Positions 9,078 through 19,034 of a DNA stretch of 64,000 bases are shown here, piece by piece. The stretch spans positions 29,509 through 93,508 of the forward strand of contig CAZGHF010000001.1 in NCBI GenBank assembly GCA_964525595.1. The letters run 5' to 3'. The notes beneath the pieces were generated by a model that saw nothing but the letters and a program-made list of their open reading frames with translations, ran no database searches and had not been told where the DNA came from. Source of the stretch: an uncultured Candidatus Saccharibacteria bacterium. GTDB taxonomy: Bacteria > Patescibacteriota > Minisyncoccia > UBA6257 > GWB1-50-10. Each line of letters starts with the position of its first letter. Position 1 is the first letter of the stretch. Position numbers and translations under genes: made by a program.

Positions 9078-11120
9078 ATGGATTTAAACAGAAAAATTTA
9101 CAAAACCAAAGTCGGCGGCGAGGAATTAACCCTTGAGATTTCCAAATTGGCTCAGAAAGCCGACGGTGCGGTTTTGGCGCGGTACGGTGCAACTGCAGTG
9201 CTTGCAACCGTAGTGATGTCGGAAAAAAACGGGACGAGTGACTTTTTCCCGCTTACCGTTGATTATGAAGAGAAATTTTACGCGGCGGGTAAAATCCTCG
9301 GCTCGAGATTTATAAGGCGCGAGGGTCGGCCGTCCGACGAGGCCACTCTTTCCGCTCGGCTTATTGACCGAACCATCCGCCCGCTTTTTGACGAGCGCTT
9401 AAGAAGAGAAATTCAGGTGACGGCAACCATTCTTGCTTACGACGAGAAACACGACCCGGATGTGCCGGCTCTCATCGCCGTTTCAACTGCTCTAGGAATC
9501 TCCGATATTCCCTGGGATGGACCGGTAGCGGGAGTGCGAATAATGAAGAACGGAGAAGAAAAAATTTTGTATAATGCATTTTTCGCCGGGCCCAAAGGAC
9601 GGGTAAATATGATTGAATTTGAAGGCCAGGAAACAAAGGAGGAAGAACTTATCCGGGTTTTCAATGAAAGCACTAAAGAAATCGATAAACTCATCGATTT
9701 TCAGGAAAATATCATAGAAGAAATTGGCAAACCGAAGACCAAAGTCGAATTAATTGAGGTTGACCCGAGAATTCAGAAGCAAGTCAGAGATTTCATAAGC
9801 AAAGACCTTGAGAAAGCAATCAAAGAAAAAACTTTAGGGGAGTTAAAGCGTAACCTGATGAGTCACCTTGAGGAGTCGGATGAATCGGCCGAGTCTTTGA
9901 GCATGGCCAGCATCGTCTTCGAGGACGAAATCGGCAATTCCTTAAAGAAAGAAATCCTGGAGAAAGAGAGCCGTTCCGACGGCAGGAAGCTGGACGAAGT
10001 TCGACCCCTTTATGGCGAAGTCGGAATTTTTGAGAGAATCCACGGCTCCGGTCTTTTTATCCGTGGTGAAACTCAGGTTCTTGCAATTACAACCCTTGCA
10101 CCGTTATCAGCCGGTCAGCTCGTCGAAACGATGAAATTTACCGGTAAAAAGAAATTCATGCTTCACTACAACTTTCCGAAATTTTCGGTTGGTGAAGCCG
10201 GCCGCTCCCGCGGTCCTGGCCGCCGGGAAATTGGTCACGGTACCCTTGCTGCAAAATCGGTACAAGCGGTCTTGCCAACTGAAGAGGAATTTCCCTACAC
10301 CATAAGAGTGGTAACCGAAACGCTTTCTTCAAACGGCTCGACATCAATGGCTTCCGCTTGTGCCACTTCACTTTCTTTAATGGATGCGGGTGTGCCCTTA
10401 AAGAAACACGTTGCCGGTATTTCAGTCGGTATAGTTTTGGATAAAGAGAAAGATGGTTTCAAGCTTTTGACTGACATCCAGGGCCCCGAGGACCATCATG
10501 GCGGCATGGACCTCAAGGTGGCTGGCACCGATGACGGCGTAACCGCGGTTCAGATGGACGTGAAAATCAGAGGAATAACCCCCGAGATTTTTGAGAAGGC
10601 TCTTGGTCAAGCCAAGGACGCAAGAGAAAAAATTTTAAAATTAATGAAGGATACAATCCCCGCGCCGCGGCCGGAAATATCTTCCTTTGCGCCGACCATC
10701 CTTACTTTGAATATCAAACCGGAGTCAATAGGAGAGGTAATTGGTCCTGGAGGACGGACTATAAACGGCATTATCGATTCGGTCGGTAATGATACCACGA
10801 TTGACATTGAAGAGGATGGTCGGGTTTTTATTGCGAGCTCGAGTCGGGAGTCCGCCGAGAAAGCACTTCTGCGTGTAAAGGCGATAGTAAGAGAGTACAA
10901 ACCGGGCGAAATCGTTGAAGGACCGGTTGTTCGTGCCCTTGATTTTGGCGCGATTGTTGATTTGGGCGGTGGCCGGGACGGCATGATTCACGTCTCCGAA
11001 CTAAAAGACGGCTTCGTCAAGAAGGTTGAAGATGTGGTGAAAATTGGTGATGTCGTGAAAGCAAAAGTGTTGAGGGTGGAGAACGGCCGTATTGCTCTCT
11101 CATTAAAGAACGTGAAATAA
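9078..11120 (+). CDS. pnp: polyribonucleotide nucleotidyltransferase
   Basis: FFPLTVDYEEK, RREIGHG, SNGSTSMAS; KH and S1 domains. Confidence 0.97.
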   Translation: MDLNRKIYKTKVGGEELTLEISKLAQKADGAVLARYGATAVLATVVMSEKNGTSDFFPLTVDYEEKFYAAGKILGSRFIRREGRPSDEATLSARLIDRTIRPLFDERLRREIQVTATILAYDEKHDPDVPALIAVSTALGISDIPWDGPVAGVRIMKNGEEKILYNAFFAGPKGRVNMIEFEGQETKEEELIRVFNESTKEIDKLIDFQENIIEEIGKPKTKVELIEVDPRIQKQVRDFISKDLEKAIKEKTLGELKRNLMSHLEESDESAESLSMASIVFEDEIGNSLKKEILEKESRSDGRKLDEVRPLYGEVGIFERIHGSGLFIRGETQVLAITTLAPLSAGQLVETMKFTGKKKFMLHYNFPKFSVGEAGRSRGPGRREIGHGTLAAKSVQAVLPTEEEFPYTIRVVTETLSSNGSTSMASACATSLSLMDAGVPLKKHVAGISVGIVLDKEKDGFKLLTDIQGPEDHHGGMDLKVAGTDDGVTAVQMDVKIRGITPEIFEKALGQAKDAREKILKLMKDTIPAPRPEISSFAPTILTLNIKPESIGEVIGPGGRTINGIIDSVGNDTTIDIEEDGRVFIASSSRESAEKALLRVKAIVREYKPGEIVEGPVVRALDFGAIVDLGGGRDGMIHVSELKDGFVKKVEDVVKIGDVVKAKVLRVENGRIALSLKNVK

Positions 11121-11166
11121 TATTTATCCACAGGAGGATAAAATCTAATAATTTATAATTAAAGAA

Positions 11167-12354
11167 ATGGCTGAAGATAAATTTAATCAAGATAGTCGGC
11201 CTGAAGGCGGAGAAAAAAAGCCGACTCAGCCGAATGTTGACGTAAGGACCTTTGGTTCCGATGTAAAGTCGGTAGCAGATTCAGGCGGTGGGTCGCCAAA
11301 ATCTTACACCCCGGCTACTCCTCCGCCGTCCCCTAAACTCCCAGAAACCCAAGCGCCGGATCGACCTGAAAGAACTCCTTTAGAGGTCGAAAAGAAACCC
11401 GAGATGAAACAATCTTTTGGTGAAGTTTTCCCATCTGTTTCTAAAGAAAAAACCCCAACCCCTGCTCCTGCTCCGATGAGTTTTGAAGCCGGCGGTTTAG
11501 GGGCCGAAGGAGTGAAAACAAAAAAATCTCCAAAAGGGCTTTTTATTGGAATTCTTGTCTTAATAATAATCGTTGGCCTCTTCGCTGTTGGTTACTTCTT
11601 CGTTTATCCCTTTTTCTTCGGCGGTGAAACGGAAGAAGCTGCTGAGGTTCCTCCTCCTGTATCCGCGCCTGAATCTTCTGCGGAGGTGCCGGCCGTGCCG
11701 GAGATTCCGGAAGTCCCAGTGGTGACTGAAAGTGGAACAACAACACCGGCTGAAGGAGAAGAAACGGCAACCGAGCCGGAAGCACCGGCAGAGACTACTC
11801 TTACCGAGCACGCTTCTTTGTTCGTCAGTGCGGCTGATGCGAGTTCAGATGCTACTCTTTCCGAGCTTAATGTTTCCGCTTACAAGGGTTCGTTGGAGTT
11901 TACAACTGCCGAGGTTTCCGTTCTCAATGAACAGGTCTTCAAAGACAGCGAAGGCGTTCTTATAAACTTCACCAATTTAGCGGGAGCTCTCTTGCCGGGT
12001 ATCTTTACGGAGAATCTGAGCCAGTCATTTGAATCGGATTTCACTTTCTTTACTTACACCGACAGCAAAGGAACCTGGCCGGGATTTATCGCAAAACTCG
12101 GTAGTGACGCGGTTTTGGCCGACGTTCAAACCCAGGTGGCGGGCTTAGAAACAAGCGAGAATTTGGCAAACCTTTATTTGACCGACCCCGGGAGCCAAAC
12201 TTCCTGGAAGAGTGGTACCGTCGAGGGCGTGTCCAACCGCTACCTGTCTTTCAGCCTTGACGGCGCGAGTTTGAACTACGGCTGGCAGGACAACCTCTTG
12301 GTTGTCAGTACCTCATTCTCCGGTTTTCAGGAGACCCTGAAGCGACTGAAGTAA
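11167..12354 (+). CDS. hypothetical single-pass membrane protein
   Basis: Pro-rich N-terminus, one TM helix, acidic linker, globular C-terminus. Confidence 0.75.
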   Translation: MAEDKFNQDSRPEGGEKKPTQPNVDVRTFGSDVKSVADSGGGSPKSYTPATPPPSPKLPETQAPDRPERTPLEVEKKPEMKQSFGEVFPSVSKEKTPTPAPAPMSFEAGGLGAEGVKTKKSPKGLFIGILVLIIIVGLFAVGYFFVYPFFFGGETEEAAEVPPPVSAPESSAEVPAVPEIPEVPVVTESGTTTPAEGEETATEPEAPAETTLTEHASLFVSAADASSDATLSELNVSAYKGSLEFTTAEVSVLNEQVFKDSEGVLINFTNLAGALLPGIFTENLSQSFESDFTFFTYTDSKGTWPGFIAKLGSDAVLADVQTQVAGLETSENLANLYLTDPGSQTSWKSGTVEGVSNRYLSFSLDGASLNYGWQDNLLVVSTSFSGFQETLKRLK

Positions 12355-12392
12355 GGGCTTGATTTTTAGTAGAAATTTATCTACACTAGTTT
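12341..12392 (+). repeat. direct repeat copy 1, containing a sigma70-like promoter
   Basis: AGCGACTGAAGTAAGGGCTTGATTTTTAGTAGAAATTTATCTACACTAGTTT; near-identical to 13839-13889. Confidence 0.85.
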
Positions 12393-12416
12393 ACTATTAA
12401 CCTTAAAATCAATAAT

Positions 12417-13724
12417 ATGCGTTATTTATTGTCAATATTAATAATTTCATTGGTTTTTGGTGGCTTTACTTTTTCCCCTGCCTTAGCCCAAGAAACCACA
12501 TCTGCTGATACAGCAGAAACAGAATTAGGGCTTACTCCAGACAGTCCTTTTTATTTTTTAGATGGCCTTTGGAAGTCAGTCCGTTTAACCTTTACTTTTA
12601 ATAAGGTAAAGAAAACTGAGCTGCGGCTTAAATTTGCCGAAGAAAAATTAGCTGAAGCCGAAAAAATGCAGGCTGAAAATAAGATAACAGCAATGGAAAA
12701 GGCTCTTAAGCGCTACCAACTGCAAGTGGAGCGGGCTGGAGAACAAGCTGAGCGCCGGGAAGAAGTGGCTGAAAAGGTAGCTGAAGCAACCGCTAAACAC
12801 CTGGGATTTCTGGAAAGGATTCGCGAAAAAGCACCGGAAAAAGCCCAAGAAGCATTATTAAAAGCCAAAGAGGTTTCAGAAATAGGCCATTTTAAGGCTA
12901 TTGAGGTATTGCGCAAAATAAAACCAGAACAAGCCAAGAAAATAGAAATATCAAACTTTGTCCAAGTAAAAGTCCGGATTGAAAAGCAAGTCCAAGAACG
13001 CAAAGAAAGACAAGAAAAAGTTCAAACCGGAACTCAAAACAAGGTTCAAATCCAGACCGAAGGAGATATTAAAGAAACAAAGTCATTATGGGAACGGCTT
13101 AAAATCCGCCTGCGAACACAAGACTATATAGCAGTTGATTGTATGGATGAAAAAGGGAATTTTGTCCCTTGTGAAAAAGACGATAAACTAATCAAACCAA
13201 CAACTGATTGTATGGATGAAAAAGGGAATTTTATCCCTTGTGAAAAAGACGATAAACTAATCAAACCAACAACTGATTGTATGGATGAAAAAGGGAATTT
13301 TATCCCTTGTGAAAAAGACGATGAACTAATCAAACCAACAACGATTAATTCTTCGGACTTCCAGCCCCGAAATCTAACCTATGAAATTCAAGAAAAAGGC
13401 GTTCTGATTAAATGGGACTCTCCCTTGGAAACAAGCGACATCGTAAAGTATCAAATCTCAACTAAAGGATGGGGGGTTCGTTGGGTTGAAGTAACCAGAA
13501 CTGATCAAACAAATTATTATCTAAGAAGAAATATGGATGAGAATATCTGTGACCTGGATGTCAGAATTACTCCGGTAAGCACTGAAGGGAAAGAATTGTC
13601 TTATTCAGCTGCTTTTCTACACAACATAAAGCATGTGGCTGATAAAGATACTTGGAATAAAGATTGCGGTCCAATAAATACCACCACTAACGTTAATGAC
13701 ACTACTACAACTCAATCTCAATAA
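12417..13724 (+). CDS. secreted protein with DUF5667-like N-terminus, 3x Cys-pair repeat and FN3-like C-terminus
   Basis: Signal peptide; GLTPDSPFYFLD...RL.F.F...K.EL.L.FAEEKLAEA; PRNLTY...IKWDSP; AT-richer than flanks. Confidence 0.75.
   Translation: MRYLLSILIISLVFGGFTFSPALAQETTSADTAETELGLTPDSPFYFLDGLWKSVRLTFTFNKVKKTELRLKFAEEKLAEAEKMQAENKITAMEKALKRYQLQVERAGEQAERREEVAEKVAEATAKHLGFLERIREKAPEKAQEALLKAKEVSEIGHFKAIEVLRKIKPEQAKKIEISNFVQVKVRIEKQVQERKERQEKVQTGTQNKVQIQTEGDIKETKSLWERLKIRLRTQDYIAVDCMDEKGNFVPCEKDDKLIKPTTDCMDEKGNFIPCEKDDKLIKPTTDCMDEKGNFIPCEKDDELIKPTTINSSDFQPRNLTYEIQEKGVLIKWDSPLETSDIVKYQISTKGWGVRWVEVTRTDQTNYYLRRNMDENICDLDVRITPVSTEGKELSYSAAFLHNIKHVADKDTWNKDCGPINTTTNVNDTTTTQSQ
13137..13343 (+). 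repeat. intragenic tandem repeat, 3 x 69 bp
   Basis: Encodes DCMDEKGNF(V/I)PCEKDD(K/E)LIKPTT three times. Confidence 0.95.
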
Positions 13725-13838
13725 AAATGGCTAGTAATCAAACAAGCTATTGCACAAACTGCGAGGTTGAAAGTGTTTGGCGGACACACGCCAGAAGAGT
13801 AGTAGCGAAGCTTAAAAACAGAGAAGAATTGTCCGCAT

Positions 13839-13889
13839 AGCGACTGAAGCAAGGGCTTGATTTTTAGTAGAAATTATCTATACTGGTTT
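13839..13889 (+). repeat. direct repeat copy 2, probable nusA promoter
   Basis: AGCGACTGAAGCAAGGGCTTGATTTTTAGTAGAAATTATCTATACTGGTTT; TTGATT ... TATACT. Confidence 0.85.
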
Positions 13890-13933
13890 TAGTGTCCGCT
13901 CTTCCCATGAGCGGATGTTTAGTAAATAACGTT

Positions 13934-15244
13934 ATGGATTTAAAGAATTTATCATCTGCGGTGAACCAAATTGCCGAAGAGAAAGGGATAAAGCCCGAGG
14001 CAGTGTTCAACGCCATTGAATCGGCGATAGCCACCGCCTATAAAAAGGAATATCGGAAAAGGAGCGAATTCATCAGGGCTAAATTTGACTCGAAAACCGG
14101 TGACGTCAAATTTCATCAAGTGAAATTTGTCGTGGAACCGGAAGAGGTAAGAATGATTGAGGAAGAACCGGCCGTTCCTGAAAGAGGCAAGCCTCTCACC
14201 TCGTCTGATGCGAATCGGAGTGGGCGACCCGAAGAATCTTCGGGAAGGGAGGAGGAAGAAGCTCTCCCTCGTTATAATGCAGACCGGCACATTTTTATAG
14301 AAGAAGCAAAGAAAATTAAGAAGGACGCAAAATCAGGAGATGAGATAGAGTTTCCTCTTGAAGTTCACGAAGATTTTGGGAGAATCGCCGCCCAAGCCGC
14401 AAAGCAGGTAATTTTACAGGGGTTACGGGAAGCTGAGCGAGCTTCAATCCGCGAAGAGTTTGCCGACAAGGAAGGTGAAATTGTAAGCGGATTGGTGGAG
14501 AGATTTGAACGGGGCAATGTTTATGTGAACTTAGGTCGGGCGGTGGGCGTCATGTTTTATAACGAGAGTGTGCCGGGCGAGCACTACCGCGTGGGAGCGC
14601 GCCTTCGTTTTTATGTTTTGGCGGTTCAGGAAGACCCGAAGCGTCCAAGTATAGTTCTCTCTCGTTCTCACCCGAAGTTTGTTACCAAGCTTTTCGAACT
14701 TGAAGTGCCGGAGATGACCGACGGCATCGTGGAAATAAAAGATATTGCCCGGGAGGCCGGCAGTCGTACTAAAGTTGCAGTTGTTTCTAATGAAGAAGGC
14801 ATTGATCCGGTTGGTTCCGCAGTCGGTCAGCGGGGAACTAGAGTTATGGCCGTGACCAATGAATTGGGCAACGAGAAAATCGATGTCATTGAGTGGTCAG
14901 CGGAATCCGAAAAATACATCGCTAATTCCCTCTCGCCGGCCAAGGTTAAGCTTGTTGAGGCTCTTCCCCGTCGAGAAGCAAAAGTCCTTGTTGCTGAAGA
15001 CCAGTTGAGTCTCGCGATCGGAAAAGGGGGTCAGAACGTTCGGCTGGCGGCAAAATTAACCGGTTGGAAAATAGACGTGAGGAGTCAGTCCCGACCCGAG
15101 GAGGTTCAAGCCGGCGGTGTTGCCGCCGCTCAGGAAGAGATTGACCTCGTTTCTGCAGAGGGAGCGGAGCCCGGCGACGAAGGTGATATAATTGAAAACA
15201 CTGAAAACAATCAGGAACAGGAACAGGAAGAAAAAGAGGAATAA
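13934..15244 (+). CDS. nusA: transcription termination/antitermination factor NusA
   Basis: FGRIAAQAAKQVI, AREAGSRTKVAV, LSLAIGKGGQNVRLAAKLTGW; start at ATG 13934. Confidence 0.97.
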   Translation: MDLKNLSSAVNQIAEEKGIKPEAVFNAIESAIATAYKKEYRKRSEFIRAKFDSKTGDVKFHQVKFVVEPEEVRMIEEEPAVPERGKPLTSSDANRSGRPEESSGREEEEALPRYNADRHIFIEEAKKIKKDAKSGDEIEFPLEVHEDFGRIAAQAAKQVILQGLREAERASIREEFADKEGEIVSGLVERFERGNVYVNLGRAVGVMFYNESVPGEHYRVGARLRFYVLAVQEDPKRPSIVLSRSHPKFVTKLFELEVPEMTDGIVEIKDIAREAGSRTKVAVVSNEEGIDPVGSAVGQRGTRVMAVTNELGNEKIDVIEWSAESEKYIANSLSPAKVKLVEALPRREAKVLVAEDQLSLAIGKGGQNVRLAAKLTGWKIDVRSQSRPEEVQAGGVAAAQEEIDLVSAEGAEPGDEGDIIENTENNQEQEQEEKEE

Positions 15245-17212
15245 ATGCTTTATCTAATATTTGTCCCAATAATAATTGCGATTGTCTACACTGCTTATCT
15301 AATTTTTTGGCTGAAGAGGAAGCCTTCAGGCAGTAAAGCGATGATTGAGATATCTAAAGCAATTCAGAGCGGCTCCTCAGTATATCTCAACCGACAGTAC
15401 AAAACCGTTTCGGTCGTAGCCTTAACCATTTTTCTTATAATCGGTTTTGTGCTCGGCTGGCTTACCGCTCTCGGGTTTCTGATTGGCGCCTTTGCTTCAG
15501 CTCTCGCCGGTTATATCGGAATGATGATAGCCGTGCGCGCTAATACCAAAACGGCCGAGGCCGCCAAAACTAGTCTCGGTCTCTCTCTTTCTATTGCCTT
15601 TAAGGCGGGGTCTGTTACCGGTTTTCTGGTTGTTGCTCTTGGACTTCTATCCGTTTCCGTTTTCTATCTTTTGACTGAAAACGTTACATCCCTTATCGGG
15701 TTGGGGTTTGGTGCCAGTTTAATTTCGGTTTTTGCCCGGCTTGGCGGAGGAATTTTCACCAAAGCGGCCGATGTCGGCACGGACTTGGTCGGTAAGGTTG
15801 AAGCCGGTATTCCCGAAGACGATCCGCGAAATCCGGGAGTGATTGCCGATAACGTCGGCGACAACGTCGGTGACTGCGCCGGTATGGCAGCCGACCTTTT
15901 TGAAACTTATGCCGTAACGCTTATCGCGGCCATCCTTGTCGGCTCGGCTCTTGCTCTTACCGGCTCCGAACTTATTTTCCCGCTTATCCTCGGAGGCTTG
16001 GCGATAGTTGCCTCGGTTATTGGGAGCTTATTTGTGCGTTTGGGGAAAAAGGGCGGGATTATGGGTGCTCTCTACAAAGGTCTTGCTGTTTCAATCGTGG
16101 TTTCGGGAATCCTTTTCTATTTTGCCGCCCGGGAATTTTTCGGCCCTGAATATCTCAAGATTTTTGGCGCCTCCGTCATCGGTTTAATAGTTACCATTTT
16201 GATGGTTGTTATAACCGATTACTACACTGCAAAGAAATACCGACCGGTGAAAAGCATCGCCGAAGCATCGAATTTCGGGCACGGCACGAACATCATTATC
16301 GGGCTCTCAGTTGGAATGGAATCAACGCTCCTGCCAATTATCGTAATCGTGCTCGGAATTTTGGGTTCATTTTTTCTCTTTGGTCTCTACGGCATTGCCA
16401 TTGCTGCGGTTTCGATGCTCTCCGTTGCCGGGATTATTGTCGCCATAGATTCTTTTGGACCGATAACCGACAACGCCGGCGGGATTGCCGAGATGACTTC
16501 ACTTCCCGAGGAGGTTCGCAAGCGTACTGATGCTCTCGATGCGGTTGGGAACACGACCAAAGCCGTGACCAAAGGTTACGCTATTGCCTCAGCGGGCCTG
16601 GCCGCTCTCGTTCTTTTCGGCAGCTATGTCGAGGAGTTAACCAGATTTACGGACGACGTTCTTTTTAGACTTGAAGACCCCTATGTTCTTGTTGGACTCA
16701 TTCTAGGAGCAGCCGTGCCTTACTTCTTCGGTGCGCTTGCGATGCGTTCGGTCGGTCGGGCAGCCGGCTCAATTGTGGAAGAGATAAGACGGCAATTCCG
16801 GGAAATAAAAGGACTTATGGAAGGCAAAGCCAAGCCGGAATACGACCGGGCCGTTGATATCGTAACGAGGGCCGCTCTTCGCGAGATGGTTGTGCCGGCT
16901 CTTCTTCCGATTGTCTCCGTCCTTCTTGTCGGGTTTATATTGGGAGCTGAAGCTTTGGGCGGGTTTCTTATCGGTTCGGTTATCTCCGGTCTTTTTATCG
17001 CGATTTCCATGACTTCGGGCGGGGCAGCCTGGGACAACGCCAAAAAATATATTGAAGACGGTGCTTTCGGCGGCAAAGGTTCCGAGGCTCACAAAGCGGC
17101 TATCACCGGGGACACCGTCGGTGACCCTTACAAAGACACCGCCGGTCCGGCAATTAATCCGCTCATCAAAGTAATAAACATTGTTGCTCTCCTTATTGTT
17201 CCATTCCTTTAA
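15245..17212 (+). CDS. hppA: membrane-bound proton-translocating pyrophosphatase
   Basis: [44 protein letters not shown]. Confidence 0.95.
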   Translation: MLYLIFVPIIIAIVYTAYLIFWLKRKPSGSKAMIEISKAIQSGSSVYLNRQYKTVSVVALTIFLIIGFVLGWLTALGFLIGAFASALAGYIGMMIAVRANTKTAEAAKTSLGLSLSIAFKAGSVTGFLVVALGLLSVSVFYLLTENVTSLIGLGFGASLISVFARLGGGIFTKAADVGTDLVGKVEAGIPEDDPRNPGVIADNVGDNVGDCAGMAADLFETYAVTLIAAILVGSALALTGSELIFPLILGGLAIVASVIGSLFVRLGKKGGIMGALYKGLAVSIVVSGILFYFAAREFFGPEYLKIFGASVIGLIVTILMVVITDYYTAKKYRPVKSIAEASNFGHGTNIIIGLSVGMESTLLPIIVIVLGILGSFFLFGLYGIAIAAVSMLSVAGIIVAIDSFGPITDNAGGIAEMTSLPEEVRKRTDALDAVGNTTKAVTKGYAIASAGLAALVLFGSYVEELTRFTDDVLFRLEDPYVLVGLILGAAVPYFFGALAMRSVGRAAGSIVEEIRRQFREIKGLMEGKAKPEYDRAVDIVTRAALREMVVPALLPIVSVLLVGFILGAEALGGFLIGSVISGLFIAISMTSGGAAWDNAKKYIEDGAFGGKGSEAHKAAITGDTVGDPYKDTAGPAINPLIKVINIVALLIVPFL

Positions 17213-18567
17213 TGGATTTTAAGAACAAAAAAGTTCTCGTAATGGGTTTAGGTCTTCTGGGCGGCGGCGTTGCCACAACAAAATGGCTCACGCGTCACGG
17301 CGCCAGGGTTACAGTTACGGACTTAAAAACAAGGAAAGAACTCTCATCATCTGTAAAAGCGCTTGGCCCGGCAGCAAAAAAAATTCGCTTCGTTTTAGGA
17401 AAGCATCGCGTGGAAGATTTTAAGAGAAATGAAATTATAGTCGTGAATCCCGGTGTGCCGAGAACGAGTAAATTTCTGAAAATCGCAAAAAAGGCAGACG
17501 CGAAGCTTGAAAACGAGGCCAGCATCTTTTTTAGAATTTGTCAGAACCCGATAATTGGTGTGACCGGCACGAGAGGTAAAACCACGACTGTAAACTGGCT
17601 CCATCACATTTTAAAGAAGAGATATCGAAAAGCGGCATTAACCGGCAACTCTTCCGATAACCCCATGCTTAAGGTTCTTGATAAATTGGATGGGATAAGT
17701 CCGGTGGTGGTTGAACTTTCTTCCTGGCATCTTGAGTTTTTGCCAAAATCAAAAAAATCACCGCACATTGCGGTTATCACCAACATTTATCCCGATCACT
17801 TGAATCGTTACCCAAGTATGAGATCGTACGTTCTGGCCAAAGCAAACATTTTTAAAAATCAGTCCGCGGATGACTTCCTTCTTTTAAACAAAGACAATCT
17901 CTGGACTAAATTTTTTATTAAACTTAAACCTAAATCCGAAATTGTTTATTTTCCTGTTCCCACTGGTATCAATTTAGAAAAGTTTAAGCGTCTCGGTCTT
18001 CATAATTTTTATAATTTAAACATCGCGATTCTAATAGCGCGTCACCTCGGCGTTAAGATTTCCGAAATAAAAGCCGCTCTCCGTGCCCTGCCGCAAGTCA
18101 GGTTTCGGCAGGAAGTGATTATTGACAGGAAAAACCTCAAAATTGTTAATGATACAACCGCCACCACCCCGGAAGCGAGTGAAGCAGTAATTAAGAGGTT
18201 TGCCGGCCAGGGAAATATTATTCTTATAAGCGGCGGTACTGATAAAAAGCTGGAATTTTCCAACTGGGCGAGGACTGTGGAGACTTCGGTTCGACCGGAG
18301 AACCTTTATTTATTGGAGGGCAGTGCTACCAAAAAGATGGCTAAATCTTTGGGAAAAATTGGCTATTTCAAGAAAACCGAGCCCCAGATTTTTGAAAACC
18401 TCTCTTTCCTAATAAAAGAAGTCAAAAAAAATATTAAATCCGGAACCGACGGAGGAAAAACCGTCTTATTTTCGCCGGCCGCGACGAGTTTCGAAAAATT
18501 CAAAAACGAGTTTGACAGAGGAAAGCAGTTCAACCGTCTTGCGCGAAGAGGTTTTAATCAATTTTAA
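17212..18567 (+). CDS. murD: UDP-N-acetylmuramoyl-L-alanine--D-glutamate ligase
   Basis: GLGLLGGG, GVTGTRGKTT, ELSSW, NI.PDHL, SPAATSF..FKNEFDRG. Confidence 0.93.
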   Translation: MDFKNKKVLVMGLGLLGGGVATTKWLTRHGARVTVTDLKTRKELSSSVKALGPAAKKIRFVLGKHRVEDFKRNEIIVVNPGVPRTSKFLKIAKKADAKLENEASIFFRICQNPIIGVTGTRGKTTTVNWLHHILKKRYRKAALTGNSSDNPMLKVLDKLDGISPVVVELSSWHLEFLPKSKKSPHIAVITNIYPDHLNRYPSMRSYVLAKANIFKNQSADDFLLLNKDNLWTKFFIKLKPKSEIVYFPVPTGINLEKFKRLGLHNFYNLNIAILIARHLGVKISEIKAALRALPQVRFRQEVIIDRKNLKIVNDTTATTPEASEAVIKRFAGQGNIILISGGTDKKLEFSNWARTVETSVRPENLYLLEGSATKKMAKSLGKIGYFKKTEPQIFENLSFLIKEVKKNIKSGTDGGKTVLFSPAATSFEKFKNEFDRGKQFNRLARRGFNQF

Positions 18568-18994
18568 TTTTCAACCTCTTCGCTTTCTTACGGTTCAGCT
18601 TCGGCATTTTTATCGTAAGGACGCCGTTTTTCAGAACAGCCGTTGATTTTTCCGGATCAACTTCTTCCGGGAGGATAATCGAGCGGGAGAACCGCCCCCA
18701 GAAACATTCCTGGTAAAAGTAGTCTTTGTCCTCAATTTTTTCTATTTTTCCCCTCTTTCCTTTTACGGTAACCGACTCATTGGTAATGTTTATTTCTAAA
18801 TCTTCCGGGTTCACGCCGGCAACCGTTGATTGGACAACGATACTGTCTTTATTATGATAAACATCGACGGTTAGCTGACCTTCGCTTTCCTCATCAATTT
18901 CAAAAACTTCGTCTTCGGTTTCAATTTGGAGCGGCTTGGGTTCAGCCTTTACTTTGGCTAATTCTACAAAGATATCGTCTTTATCTTGTTCCAT
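18554..18994 (-). CDS. Hsp20/alpha-crystallin family protein
   Basis: VDVY, ECFWGRFSRSIILP, A.LKNGVL.I.MPK. Confidence 0.93.
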   Translation of the reverse strand: MEQDKDDIFVELAKVKAEPKPLQIETEDEVFEIDEESEGQLTVDVYHNKDSIVVQSTVAGVNPEDLEINITNESVTVKGKRGKIEKIEDKDYFYQECFWGRFSRSIILPEEVDPEKSTAVLKNGVLTIKMPKLNRKKAKRLKIKID

Positions 18995-19034
18995 GCCCGC
19001 ATTATATCAGAACTTGTTGCTTGTGTATAGAAAT

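Noticed and set aside
13137-13343. Possible CRISPR array
   Set aside because: The units are contiguous 69-bp in-frame repeats with no unique spacers and no cas genes.
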